The notes beneath the pieces were generated by a model. It was not told the origin of the DNA. It was given only the letters and a program-made list of their open reading frames with translations, and ran no database searches. DNA of 64,000 bases from Macrostomum lignano (taxonomy: Eukaryota), in the NCBI GenBank assembly GCA_002269645.1, contig NIVC01001897.1, positions 51,979 through 115,978 of the forward strand, given 5' to 3'. Below are positions 36,720 through 48,745 of this stretch, piece after piece. How positions within the stretch are numbered: the first letter of the stretch is position 1; each line of letters begins with the position of its first letter. A program made the position numbers and the translations under genes.

Positions 36720-38055
36720 CGGCATCTGAGTAGGGGGATGCGGCACCCACTGAAGCATCTGAGTAGGGGGATGCGGCACCCACTGAAGCATCTGAGTAGG
36801 GGGATGCGGCACTCACTGAAGCATCTCAGAGGGTTGCGGCACCCACTGAATGAAGCATCTGAGGAGAGGGTAGCGGCACCCACTAAAGCATCTGAGGAGA
36901 GGGTAGCGGCACCTCCCTGAAGCATCTGAGGAGGTAGCAGTACCCACTAAAGCATATGAGGGGGTTGCGGCACCCCCTGAAGCATCTGAGGAGGTAGCGG
37001 CACCCACTAAAGCATCTGAGGGGGTTGCGGCACCCACTGAAGCATCTGAGGAAGGGGTTGCGGCACCCACTAAAGCATCTGAGGGGGTTGCGGCACCCAC
37101 TGAAGCATCTGAGGAGGTAGCGGCACCCACTAAAGCATCTGAGGGGGTTGCGGCACCCACTGAAGCATCTGAGAAAGGGGTTGCGGCACCCACTGAAGCA
37201 TCTGAGGAGGGGGTAGCGGCACCCACTGAAGCATCTGAGGTTGGGGTTAGCGGCACCCACTGAAGCATCTGAGGAAGGGGTTGCGGCACCCACTGAAGCA
37301 TCTGAGGTTGGGGGTAGCGGCACCCACTGAAGCATCTGAGGAGGGGGTAGCGGCACCCACTGAAGCATCTGAGGAGGGGGTTGCGGCACCCACTGAAGCA
37401 TCTGAGAGGGTTGCGGCACCCACTGAAGCATCTGAGGTTTGGGGTTGCGGCACCCACTGAAGCATCTGAGGTTGGGCGTTGCGGCACCCACTGAAGCATC
37501 TGAGGAGAGGGTAGCGGCACCCACTGAAGCATCTGAGGGGGTTGCGGCACCCACTAAAGCATCTGAGGGGGTTGCGGCACCCACTGAAGCATCTGAGGAA
37601 GGGGTTGCGGCACCCACTAAAGCATCTGAGGGGGTTGCGGCACCCACTGAAGCATCTGAGGAAGGGGTTGCGGCACCCACTGAAACATCTGAGGAGGGGG
37701 TTGCGGCACCCACTGAAGCATCTGAGGTTGGGGTTAGCGGCACCCACTGAAGCATCTGAGGAGGGGGTAGCGGCACCCACAGAAGCATCTGAGGTTGGGG
37801 GTAGCGGCACCCACTGAAGCATCTGAGGAGGGGGTAGCGGCACCCACTGAAGCATCTGAGGGAGTTGCGGCACCCACTGAAGCATCTGAGGGGGTTGCGG
37901 CACCCACTAAAGCATCTGAGGGGGTTGCGGCACCCACTGAAGCATCTGAGGAAGGGGTTGCGGCACCCACTGAAGCATCTGAGGAAGGGGTAGCGGCACC
38001 CACTGAAGCATCTGAGGAGGGGTTAGCGGCACCCACTGAAGCATCTGAGGTGGTA
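36720..38055 (+). repeat. 30/33/34-bp GC-rich minisatellite
   Basis: GCGGCACCCACTGAAGCATCTGAG(GA)GGGGT(T/A) units. Confidence 0.96.
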
Positions 38056-38544
38056 GCAGTTGACCCCGAAATGACTTTCCAAGCTCTAGCATGCAGTTTA
38101 GATTATCCCGAAGCAGTGTTTCTCTAACAAACTGTAAATAACATTAGTATAATAGCTTAATATATGCAGCAGTGCACAGATCAATATGCGATGCACAATT
38201 TGCGCTTTCGCCATACATTGATTGCGTCAGACCCCAGTCGAGTTTGCCTACTTGGTCTGACAGTCGAGGTCACGCCTCCTGACCTGACCTCTATGTAGAT
38301 GAATCGAGACAAGAAAAATCTAATTATTAACGTTACAGCTAGCGTTCTGAGTCACTGTGGCCTATCATGTGATATGATAGAGGATATTATAACAATGTTA
38401 ATATTCTGTGTAATATTAGGTTGGTTTGGCGGAATACAGATGAAGCAAAATTATGCTGACATGTCAGTCAAGGAGTGTCTTCTGAGCTAAATATTCAATA
38501 ATTAGTAATTTGAAATAGTTCTTCAAAGTGTGAAAGTGATTCAG

Positions 38545-39030
38545 TCTCAGGTCTAGATCACTATACTCTAGATTCAGTCCCTAGTCTATAGATCTATAGA
38601 TTCAATAACACTATACTCTAGATTCAGTCTCTAGTCTATAGATCTATAGATTCAATGACACTATACTCGATATTCAGTCTCTAGTCTACAGATCTACGAG
38701 TGTATAGATTCAATAACAATATACTTGAGATTCAGTCTCTATTCTATAGATCTATAGATTCAATTAACACTATACTCTAGATTCAATGTCTAATCTATAG
38801 ATCTCTAGATTCAGTCTCTAGTCTATAGATCTATAGATTCAATGACACTATACTCGATATTCAGTCTCTAGTCTATAGATCTATAGATTCGATAACACTA
38901 AATAACTCTAGATTCAGTCTCTAGTCTATAGATCTATAGATTCAATTAACACTATAACTCTAGATTCAATGTATAATCTATAGATCTTTAGATTCGGTAT
39001 CTAGTCTTAGATCTATAGATTCAATAAAAC
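38545..39030 (+). repeat. About 49-bp AT-rich minisatellite with 16-bp palindrome
   Basis: TCTAGATTCAGTCTCTAGTCTATAGATCTATAGATTCAATGACACTATAC-like units containing TCTATAGATCTATAGA. Confidence 0.9.
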
Positions 39031-39674
39031 TATACTTTTAGAGAGAAACTACCTTTATCTATCTAAAATATTACTAGAAAAATTTATAGATACAGCCTAT
39101 AGATTGCATGTAATTATATATGTGCAAATTGTAGATGTTTTATTAATTCAAGTCTTATTATTCTACTACAGGGACGAGTTCGAAAAATCAATAAATTATA
39201 GTTATTGCTGATTTAAAACATCTGAGAAATGACTTAAAGAAATTTAATAATGATTGACGACGGGGATTTCTCGTTAATTAAATTCCGCATTTCCCTATTC
39301 ATATTTTTTCCGCAATTAAAACAGCTAGTCGAAAAAAATATGGGCGGGGGGTGCCTCCGGGAGAGGTCTGGCATTTTTTTTTTCGTGCAATTTCATCCAG
39401 AAATTTCCGACAAAAAAGCACGTTCGCAAAACGAGGGGAGGGTGTTTGGAGGCTTAAACACGGATTTACCTGTTGTTAACATGCTTTTGAGGACTTACTT
39501 CTAGGGAAGAGCAATAATAATTGACCACTGACTTGTTTGATTCCATTTTTGCTTATCCCTAGCTGAACCCGAAAGCAAAAATATTCTCTGCTTTCTTTAC
39601 TCTGCTCTTCCCCCATCGGTTCTCAGGGAGTCAGAACAAAACTGGATAAGTTATCGTGTTAGCTCTGTTGGGCT

Positions 39675-39953
39675 CACTCTCCCTCTCTCACCCTCTCACT
39701 CTCCTTCTCTCTCTCTCACTCTCCCTCTCACCCTCTCACTCTCCCTCTCTCACCCTCTCACTCTCCCTCTCTCACCCTCTCACTCTCCCTCTCTCACCCT
39801 CTCACTCTCCCTCTCTCACCCTCTCACTCTCCCTCTCTCACCCTCTTACTCTCCCTCTCTCACCCTCTCACTCCCTCTCACCCTCTCACTCTCCCTCTCT
39901 CACCCTCTCACTCCCTCTCACCCTCTCACTCTCCCTCTCCCTCTCTCTCTATC

Positions 39954-40021
<68 letters not shown>

Positions 40022-40195
40022 TCCCTCACTCTCCCTCTTTTGTCTCACCCTCTCACTCTCCCTCTCCTCTCTCCCTCCTTCCCTCTCCCCCTCACTCTCC
40101 CTCTCTCCTCTCCCCTCTCATTCCCTCTCCCCGCTTACTCCCTATCCCTCTCACTCCCTCTCTTGTCTCACTCCCCCGTCACTCCCTCTCCTCTT
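39675..40195 (+). repeat. CT-rich repeats and (CT)n microsatellite
   Basis: (CACCCTCTCACTCTCCCTCTCT)n followed by (CT)n at about 39960-40022. Confidence 0.92.
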
Positions 40196-40519
40196 TTCTC
40201 CTCTCTTCTGCGCCAATTTCGCTTCGTTAGCAACTTTGCACGCCAAACTCTATACAATGAGCTCCTTGGCACATCCACGAAATTCCAGTTGCCAATCTAT
40301 CCGTTCTTCCACCTCTCATCTGCCCAGCTCCGAATGTCTTCTCCACACCAGCCCAAGCTAACTGGGTATTTCGATAATTAATCTTATTTGGTCGCTTAGA
40401 TTTTTGTATACTGTCGATTGCATTGCGGCCAAGCAGTTAGCGACATTGCTGCTGTGTTACTTGTCTATATTCTTTCTGCACTGGTTCACGCCTCGCGTCT
40501 TGTCCTGTATTGAAGCGCG

Positions 40520-40790
40520 CGGTTTCTTATCTATTCTTGTTTTTATCCTTTATCTATTCTCCTTGTTGTGCATCTAATATGGTTTGAATTCTAGTGTTTA
40601 TTCTCCCCTCTAGTATCTCATCTATTCTCCTATCTAGTATCTTATCTATTCTCCCCTCTGGTATCTCATCTATTCTCCCATCTAGTATCTCATCTATTCT
40701 CCCATCTAGTTTCTTATCTATTCTCCCATCTAGTATCTCATATATTCTCCTCTCTAGTATCTCAGCTATTCTCATCTAGTGTCTCATTTT
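40520..40790 (+). repeat. 24-bp minisatellite
   Basis: CTCATCTATTCTCCCATCTAGTAT-like units. Confidence 0.85.
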
Positions 40791-42864
40791 TTGTCCGTAA
40801 TTTTCTCCTATTCATCTATCATATTCTCTATTTCTTCCTCTGCTCATGATCCTCAGTTTCTCCCTATCCCAAGTCTCTAAAATCTGGCGTCTCAGCCACT
40901 CGGACACACACGCACATGCACACGCAAATTTCACTTTCGAATGGATCCCTTGCTTGTTCCGCACACTCGATTTTCCCTGACAGGCAGGCCTTCTTCAACC
41001 AGGATCGCCAATGCCCCCCCCCCTGCCAACCCTAGCAACTCAAGAAATATTCCCGCGAAATCTGATCGAATTTCTAGCCGCTCTGATTATCGATTTTAAT
41101 GGCCTCCAGCGCTGGAAAACTGTGGAATCAATCTGCTGCTAGAAGGAGCAGATTTCTAGCCCCCAAGCCCCCTCGTTTCTTTGAGTCCGCCGCCGCCTTC
41201 TACACTTTCTGCCCCCCCCCCTCTTGTCATCTCCTGTCCTCCTGTCCCCCGCCTTTCCGATGAAAAACCAATTTATATCCTCTATCTTGGCCTTCAGTTG
41301 AGAATATACTCAACTGCAGTGTCTAACTCTCTTGTCTAGCTCATAATGTTGCGACTGTCTTCTCTCTTCATTTTTTTGAAGGCCGTGTTTTTTTCAGGTA
41401 AACCTGGACCTTGGGCCCTTATACCGGCAGTTGCAGAGTTCTAGTTGCAACACAGATATGCAATGCAATATGAAATCATCAGTTCATCCTACATAGCTAA
41501 GCATTAAAGAAAACGAGGCGACATCTGTCTGTAACCAGTGGTAAGCGCTGTAGGCAAATCTGTAACACGGGGTGTACACGGAATCGAAGCAGCAGCTGCT
41601 CTGCCACTTAATATCAAGCGTTAATTTAAGTACAATTGAACTTCAAATGCTTGACTGACAGGCATAAAATATCTATAGATTTTTTAGCCAGGCCACTGAT
41701 GGATGTAAGACACGATGGCTTTCCCGGTTGCTATGCGGAGTGCATGAGAGGTATCGCGCGCTACAGAAGAAGCAAAACCCGAAAGAAAGATGCGAAGAAT
41801 TGAAATCTAAGCCTGACAAGGACAGCAGGCAGTCCCGCCGTGCCCTGCACGAAAGATCTGGCCCAGCTGTTGCAGAATCTGCTTTTTCGCGTCGTCTCCT
41901 TTTGATGAATAAAAAGAAACCATAATGACGGACCATTCATTCATTCGTTCGCAGGAAATTTGGTAGATTTCTGCTTTAAAGAGAAGCGAAATTGGAAGCT
42001 ATAACACAGGAGCTGAGGAAAGTACAGTCCAGCTATAGGCGTCAGTCATTTGATGCAACAGGTATTGAAGCCACTTGAGAGAATTTTAGTATCCTTGACG
42101 ACTCCAGAAGCCTGATTGAAGAATATTTCTCTTAAATCTTCAACATATTGGGGATATGTAAATGGTCCATTGTGCGACTTAACATAGTACATAGGGATTC
42201 TGGTCTCCTGAAAAAACTCCGCAGAAAAGATGCAGAAAAATGTCTGACCAACATTTTTTGTTCGGAAACTGGAACAACCGTACAGACTTTGAATGGATGA
42301 TTTTGGGAAATTTTCGGGATTGCAGCTGTTTTCGAAGGCCCTTCCTTGTTTGTTCTTGACGCTCAGCTGTACCTTACATAGGGATCATCAGCATTGGTAA
42401 TGATTATCTAAGCGGACGTGTTCTAGCGGGGGGTGGGTCAGGGCTTAGGGGTCTTAAGGGTAACCGACGCGCTGCAGTTTAGATCTGAAGCTTCAAGAAG
42501 ACCGTGAGGTCCAGAGAAGAAAGTATTTCTTCTTTCAGAAGCAGCAGCAGCTGCTTCTATGAAGGGGAATGAAGGTTTCTTCCACTTTTTAAAGAAAAAA
42601 ATCCGAGTTACTTTTTCCTGCTTAAACAGACGGCATAACGTATGTTCAGGGATTCATTGAAGCCGTATTCTGTAAATCTGTGTCATTGTTCACTTGTCGG
42701 ACTTCATCAGTCAGTCAGTCACCTAGTTGACAATAGACAAACGTATTCTTAAATTGGAACAAAATAATTTTAAGAAAAATGGTTTCCTTTACATTCATTG
42801 ATCGAATTTGAATCAACTTTGCTTCAATTGGTCCATCTTTCTTTGGGGATTTGCGATATTGGAG

Positions 42865-43360
42865 CTCGGATCGGGATTTGGGATCAGAGATCGGGGATCT
42901 GGGATCTGGGATCTAGGATCGGGGTTCTGGGATCTGGGATCTGGGATCGGGGATCTGAGATCAGGGATCGGGGATCTGGGATCGGGGATCGGGGATCGGG
43001 GATCTGGGATCAGGGATCGGGGTTCTGGGATCTGGGATCTGGGATCGGGGATCTGGGATCGGGGATCTGAGATCAGGGATCGGGGATCTGGGATCTGGGA
43101 TCAGGGATCAGGGATCTGGGATCGGGGATCAGGGATCGGGGTTCTGGAATCTGGGATCGGGGATCTGAGATCAGGGATCGGGGATCTGGGATCGGGGATC
43201 GGGGATCTGGGATCTGGGATCAGGGATCAGGGATCTGGGATCGGGGATCAGGGATCGGGGTTCTGGGATCTGGGATCGGGGATCTGGGATCTGGGATCGG
43301 GGATCTGAGATCAGGGATCGGGGATCTGGGATCGGGGATCGGGGATCGGGGATCTGGGAT
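42865..43360 (+). repeat. GGGATC-family 7-bp-period satellite (G-rich strand +)
   Basis: (GGGATCT/GGGATCG/GGGATCA)n. Confidence 0.95.
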
Positions 43361-44284
43361 GTTTTTTGCTTTCTTCCTGACTAATCACATTATGTCTACA
43401 TCCATAATAGGGGGTTGAATATGAAACCTCTATAATGGGCTGAATATGAAACCTCTATAATGGGCTGAATGTTAAACAGTTTAATAAAGCTCCAATGACT
43501 ACAATGGTTTAAGTCTTACAAAACAAGCGCCTTTCTTCTAGGATTAAGTTCGGACCTTGCTTTCTATAGTTGTGGCGCCAACTCTGCCAGACAGACTCAA
43601 TATATCCGTGAGTCGAGGGACGAGCTAATAGCCTAGGATAGAGTTGGGGTGGGGATAAAGAGACATGAATAGGCCAGACCATGCAGATATAAAATTAATA
43701 GCCCTAGCAAATTCTTGGAGCAGAGCGGCTTTAAATTGCATTGAGCTGCAGTTTATTGCCAGCCGCACACTTAGGGCTGGCGGGCGGTGGGGGGATGACA
43801 GCGAATATTGGGGGGAAAAGTGTATTACTAAGCTGAGCGCATAGTCTACTGCAGTGTCAACACAGCCCGAAAGTGGCTTAATGTATAATAGTACTTAATT
43901 AAGGCGAGGCTGTAAAATTAGTAGAAAAAATATTAAATTGTTCACTTGGGAATTATTGGCACCGTCTGTGTTTGAAACGGGTAGGTTGAGGTCAGCTGGG
44001 TTCAGCACAAACTTTTATATATTCTTTTGAAAATATATCAATCTCAACTTTAATGATATTAGAAATGGAGTCAGTATCCCAGTCAATGGCATCAAAGTTA
44101 AAAAGATTCAATGTCAAAGTGTTGGCTGTGTTTAATTAAAAATGTGTCATCGCTGAAGGCTAAATAGCTATGCCTTGTGGTGTGAACAATTGTGACTGTA
44201 GACTTCCGAAGGGTTTTGCCATAGAAAGCAGTTTTTTTATAGTAGACAGTGTCAGTAGATAGGTTTCGGTAGAAAGTGATGTGT

Positions 44285-44645
44285 CAGCGGTAGACAATGG
44301 TGTGTCTGTGGTAGACAATGATGTGTGTGCAGTAGACAATGATATCTCTGTGGTAGACAATGATTTGTCTGCGGTAGACAATGATGTGTCTGTGGTAGAC
44401 AATGATGTGTCTGCAGTAGACAATCATCTCTGTGATAGACAATGATGTGTCTGCAGTAGACAATCGTATCTCTGTGGTAGACAATGATGTGTCTGTGGTA
44501 GACAATGATGTGTCTGCAGTATACAATCATATCTCTGTGGTAGACAATGATGTGTCTGTGGTAGACAATGATGTGTCTGTGGTAGACAATGATTCGTCTG
44601 TGCTAGACAATGATGCATCTGTGTGGTAGACAATGATGTGTCTGT
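44285..44645 (+). repeat. 21-bp minisatellite immediately upstream of the protocadherin start
   Basis: (GTAGACAATGATGTGTCTGTG)n. Confidence 0.92.
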
Positions 44646-44759
44646 GCGGTAGGCACAGGCAGCTATTTTAATGTCGACAAAGAACTTTTAAACTAAAGAG
44701 CACACACTATCTCACCACTGTGAAACATACCAAAATATTTCTCGCAGAGCGCCAACAGC

Positions 44760-45032
44760 ATGCGGCAGCAACAGAATCTGCTTCTGCTTGAACTTTTGCT
44801 GCTCCTGCCGCCTCGATGGTGCGGCCTGACTTCGCCGGCATCGGCAGCCAACATCGTCGGACCTAAAGCCTGCCGATTCTCCGTTGTGGAGGGCCAGGCG
44901 CCAGTGAATGCCGCCATCGGCGGGCCCAGCCTGTACAGTTGCATAGGCGACAGCAGCCTGCGGGAGGAGCCCGGCGACATCTGGCTGCTGCAGCCACCAC
45001 CAGGGGTGCCTGACAGGCTGGATGGCAAACAG
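44760..45032 (+). CDS. PCDH: Delta-type protocadherin (7 EC), coding exon 1: signal peptide and start of EC1
   Basis: ATG 44760, MRQQQNLLLLELLLLL..SPASA signal-like sequence, then FSVVEGQ; donor AAACAG|GTGAGT at 45033, phase 0. Symbol is family-level only. Confidence 0.88.
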
Positions 45033-45038
45033 GTGAGT

Positions 45039-45219
<181 letters not shown>

Positions 45220-45234
45220 CACCCCAATCTCAAG

Positions 45235-45480
45235 GTCTGGAACCTACTCAAAGTGGGCTTAAATGGTTCAATTCAAGTGGCCCAGCGCATCGATCGCGAG
45301 GACCCGAGCCTGCGCTGCTATAAGCAAGAAATTTGTTCCAAGGAGTTCAGCGTGCTGCTTCGGAAGCAGCAGCGATCGAATCCATACATTCAGCTGGCCA
45401 CGCTGGACATCAAAGACTATAATGACAACTCGCCCGTGTTTGGCCGCGAGAACCGCGAGTTGCAGGCAATGGAGGGCTTG
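45235..45480 (+). CDS. PCDH: Protocadherin exon 2 (EC1, start of EC2)
   Basis: GSIQVAQRIDRE, the protocadherin EC1 Cys-X5-Cys motif (CYKQEIC) and DYNDNSPVF; acceptor ctcAAG at 45233-45234; donor TTG|GTAAGT at 45481; phase 0-0. Confidence 0.9.
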
Positions 45481-45524
45481 GTAAGTGTCAGCCAGCTTAG
45501 AACCGGTGTGTAACCGGGTGTGCT

Positions 45525-46301
45525 ATACAGGTAAAACAGGTGTGTCAGACAGGTAAAACAGGTGTTTTAAGACAGGTAAAACAGGTGTGTCATACAGGTA
45601 GAACAGGTGTGTCAGACAGGTAGAACAGGTGTGTCAGACAGGTAAAACAGGTGTGTCAGACAGGTAGAACAGGTGTGTCAAACAGGTAGAACAGGTGTGT
45701 CAGACAGGTAGAACAGGTGTGCCAGACAGGTAGAACAGGTGTGCCAGACAGGTAGAACAGGTGTGTCAGACAGGTAGAACAGGTGTGCCAGACAGGTAGA
45801 ACAGGTGTGTCAGACAGGTAAAACAGGTGTGTCATACAGGTAGAACAGGTGTGTCAGACAGGTAGAACAGGTGTGTCAGACAGGTAAAACAGGTGTGTCA
45901 GACAGGTAAAACAGGTGTGTCAGACAGGTAGAACAGGTGTGTCAGACAGGTAGAACAGGTGTGTCAGACAGGTAGAACAGGTGTGCCAGACAGGTAGAAC
46001 AGGTGTGCCAGACAGGTAGAACAGGTGTGTCAGACAGGTAAAACAGGTGTGTCAGACAGGTAAAACAGGTGTGTCAGACAGGTAGAACAGGTGTGTCAAA
46101 CAGGTAGAACAGGTGTGCCAGACAGGTAGAACAGGTGCGTCAGACAGGTAGAACAGGTGTGTCAGACAGGTAGAACAGGTGTGTCAGACAGGTAGAACAG
46201 GTGTGTTAGACAGGTAGAACAGGTGTGTCAGACAGGTAAAACAGGTGTGTCAGACAGGTAAAACAGGTGTGTCAGACAGGTAGAAAAGGTGTGTCAGACA
46301 G
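45525..46301 (+). repeat. 22-bp minisatellite in intron 2 rich in CAG|GT motifs
   Basis: About 35 copies of AGGTAGAACAGGTGTGTCAGAC. Confidence 0.96.
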
Positions 46302-46322
46302 GTGTCAACGCGTCCCCCGCAG

Positions 46323-46568
46323 AGCAATCTGTTGCTCTACCTGCCATCCGTGACCGACCTGGACGCCGGCAAGAATGGCCAGACGATGACTCGAATCGTG
46401 GGTCACGACGCCCCGGTGACTCGTAGTGACACGGTGGAGAACCCGGACAGCGAGAAGCCAAAGCTCAGAGTGAATCCCGCTCTTGACTATGAACAGGTGC
46501 AAGGTTTCAATATCACTCTGGAGGCCTGCGACTTGGGCCCTGTTGCTAGGTCATGCTCGAGGATACAG
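46323..46568 (+). CDS. PCDH: Protocadherin exon 3 (EC2); alternative in-frame start at 46302
   Basis: LPSVTDLDAGKNG...ALDYE...LEACDLG; acceptor tcccccgcAG at 46321-46322 (or gacAG at 46300-46301, +7 aa); donor CAG|GTAAGT at 46569; phase 0-0. Confidence 0.88.
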
Positions 46569-46699
46569 GTAAGTTTTTATCTGGGATTTAATTTGTGTTT
46601 AAATATCGAGTGTTTTAAATATGGATTATAGCGATTTAAAAATGGTGTTAAGCAATAAAGAAATTTATAAATTTGATCTATGGATTCTGAAATCAGATT

Positions 46700-47015
46700 A
46701 ATTGGGGATTTAGATATTGGATTAGGGGATTTCGATATGCGATTAGAGGATTTCGATATGGGATTAGAGGATTTCGATATGGGATTAGAGGATTTCGATA
46801 TGGGATTAGAGGATTCGGAATGGGATTAGAGGATTTTGATATGGGATTAGAGGATTCGGAATGGGATTGGGGGATTTAGAAATGGGATTAGGGGATTTAG
46901 AAATGGGATTAGGGGATTTAGAAATGGGATTAGGAGATTTAGAAATGGGATTAGGGCATTTAGAAATGGGATTAGGAGATTTAGGAATGACTAGGGCATT
47001 TAGGAATGGGACTAG
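46700..47015 (+). repeat. 21-bp GGGATT-family minisatellite in intron 3
   Basis: GATATGGGATTAGAGGATTTC / GAAATGGGATTAGGGGATTTA units. Confidence 0.9.
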
Positions 47016-47071
47016 AAGATGAAGATATGGGAATATGAAGCACATCAGTATGAGTATATCCACCATATCAG

Positions 47072-47281
47072 GTCCGAATCGTCGTCATAGACGCGAACGA
47101 CAATGAGCCGCGCTTCTCTCAGCCGGAGTTTCGCCTCCCAGATCTGCCTGAGGATGCGTTTGAGAAGTCCGGCCAAGCTAGGCTGGCCGTCGGGCAGCTG
47201 GAGGCCAGCGACCGGGATAGCGGAGACAATGGCAGGATTGAGTTTAGCCTGCTCAGCGGCCAGGGCAGCGACTGGTTTGCG
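47072..47281 (+). CDS. PCDH: Protocadherin exon 4 (EC2/EC3)
   Basis: VRIVVIDANDNEPRF...LEASDRDSGDNGRIEFSL..WFA (not in the ORF track); acceptor atcAG 47070-47071; donor GCG|GTGAGC 47282; 210 nt, phase 0-0. Confidence 0.92.
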
Positions 47282-47469
47282 GTGAGCACGGGATGACAAA
47301 TCTATGGGAGATCTATTGCATATCTATCGGAGATTTATAGTATGTCTTTTGGGAGATATAAAATGTATCTATTCGACATCTATACTGTCTATTGGAGATC
47401 TATAGTATATCTATTTGAGATCTACAATGTGTATCGGAGATCTATAGTCTGCTAACGACCGATATCTAA

Positions 47470-48169
47470 CGAAAATCTTTTTGCATGGCTACCGGCAATC
47501 TATCCCATATCTATCGACAAACTATCCCATATCTACCGGCAATCTATCACATATCTACCAGCAATCGATCCCATATCTATAGGCAATCTATTACATATCT
47601 ATAGGCAATCTATCCTATATCTATCGGCAATCTATTCCATATCTATCCCATACCTATCGGCAATCTATCCCATATCTATAGGCAATCTATCCCATATCTA
47701 TAGACAATCTATCCTATATCTACAGGCAATCTATCCCAAATCTACCGGCAATCTATCCCATATCTATCGGCAATCTATCCCATATCTACCGGCAATCTAT
47801 CCCATATCTACCGGCAATCTATCCCATATCTACCGGAAATCTATCCCATATCTACCGGAAATCTATCCCATATCTACCGGCAATCTATCCCATATCTACC
47901 GGAAATCTATCCCATATCTACCGGCAATCTATTCCATATCTACCGGCAATCTATTCCATATCTACCGGCAATCTATCCCATATCTACCGGCAATCTATTC
48001 CATATCTACCGGCAATCTATTCCATATCTACCGGCAATCTATTCCATATCTACCGGCAATCTATCCCATATCTACCGGCAATCTATTCCATATCTATCGA
48101 CAATTTATTCCAAATCTACCGGCAATCTACCCCATATCTACCGGCAATCTACTCCATATCTACCGGCAG
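47470..48169 (+). repeat. 22-bp minisatellite in intron 4 ending at the acceptor
   Basis: (CCGGCAATCTATCCCATATCTA)n; the last unit reads CCGGCAG|. Confidence 0.95.
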
Positions 48170-48745
48170 GTGGATCCAAATAACGGCACAGTCTACCAGA
48201 CTGCCCCAATAAACGCGGCCCTCAACCCCGAGATCAGTCTGAGAGTTCGAGCCAGGGACTTCGGCAGCCCGTTGCGCATGGAAGACACTGCCCGGGTTCG
48301 AATCCGTCTAGTTGACGTGAACGATCACAGTCCGCTAATCTCGGTGATCAGCTCGGGCCAGGCGCGTCTGATCGAAGGTCAGGACAACTCGAACTTCGCT
48401 TCTATCAGCGCCATCGACTCTGATCTCGGCGAGTTTGGCCGCGTGGCTTGCGCAGTGGACTCGGAATCTGCGAACCGATTTCAACTGCAGCCAATCTCCA
48501 AAGACGCCAGGTTCCAGCAGTTATCCGTGTCCACCAAGCCCGGGCTGGTGTACGATCGCGAGGTTCAAGCCAGCGACACTGTTGGCATCATCTGCTGGGA
48601 TCACGGTGAACCTGCTAGAACCTCAAGCCTGACTCTCACTGTGTCCATCGTGGATGTGAATGAATTCCCGCCTGTGTTTAACGACACTGTTGTGTACAAC
48701 TTCCGGGTGGCGGAGAATCGCAGCGCAGGGGAGCGCGTGGGAAAG
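48170..48745 (+). CDS. PCDH: Protocadherin exon 5 (EC3, EC4, start of EC5)
   Basis: VDPNNGTV..ARDFGSP..DVNDHSP..AIDSDLGEFG..YDRE..DHGEP..DVNEFPPVF..VAENRSAGERVGK; donor AAG|GTGAGT at 48746; phase 0-0. Confidence 0.93.

Noticed and set aside
42690-42715. Minus-strand hammerhead core CTGATGAAGTCC
   Set aside because: No stem II closing onto GAAA.
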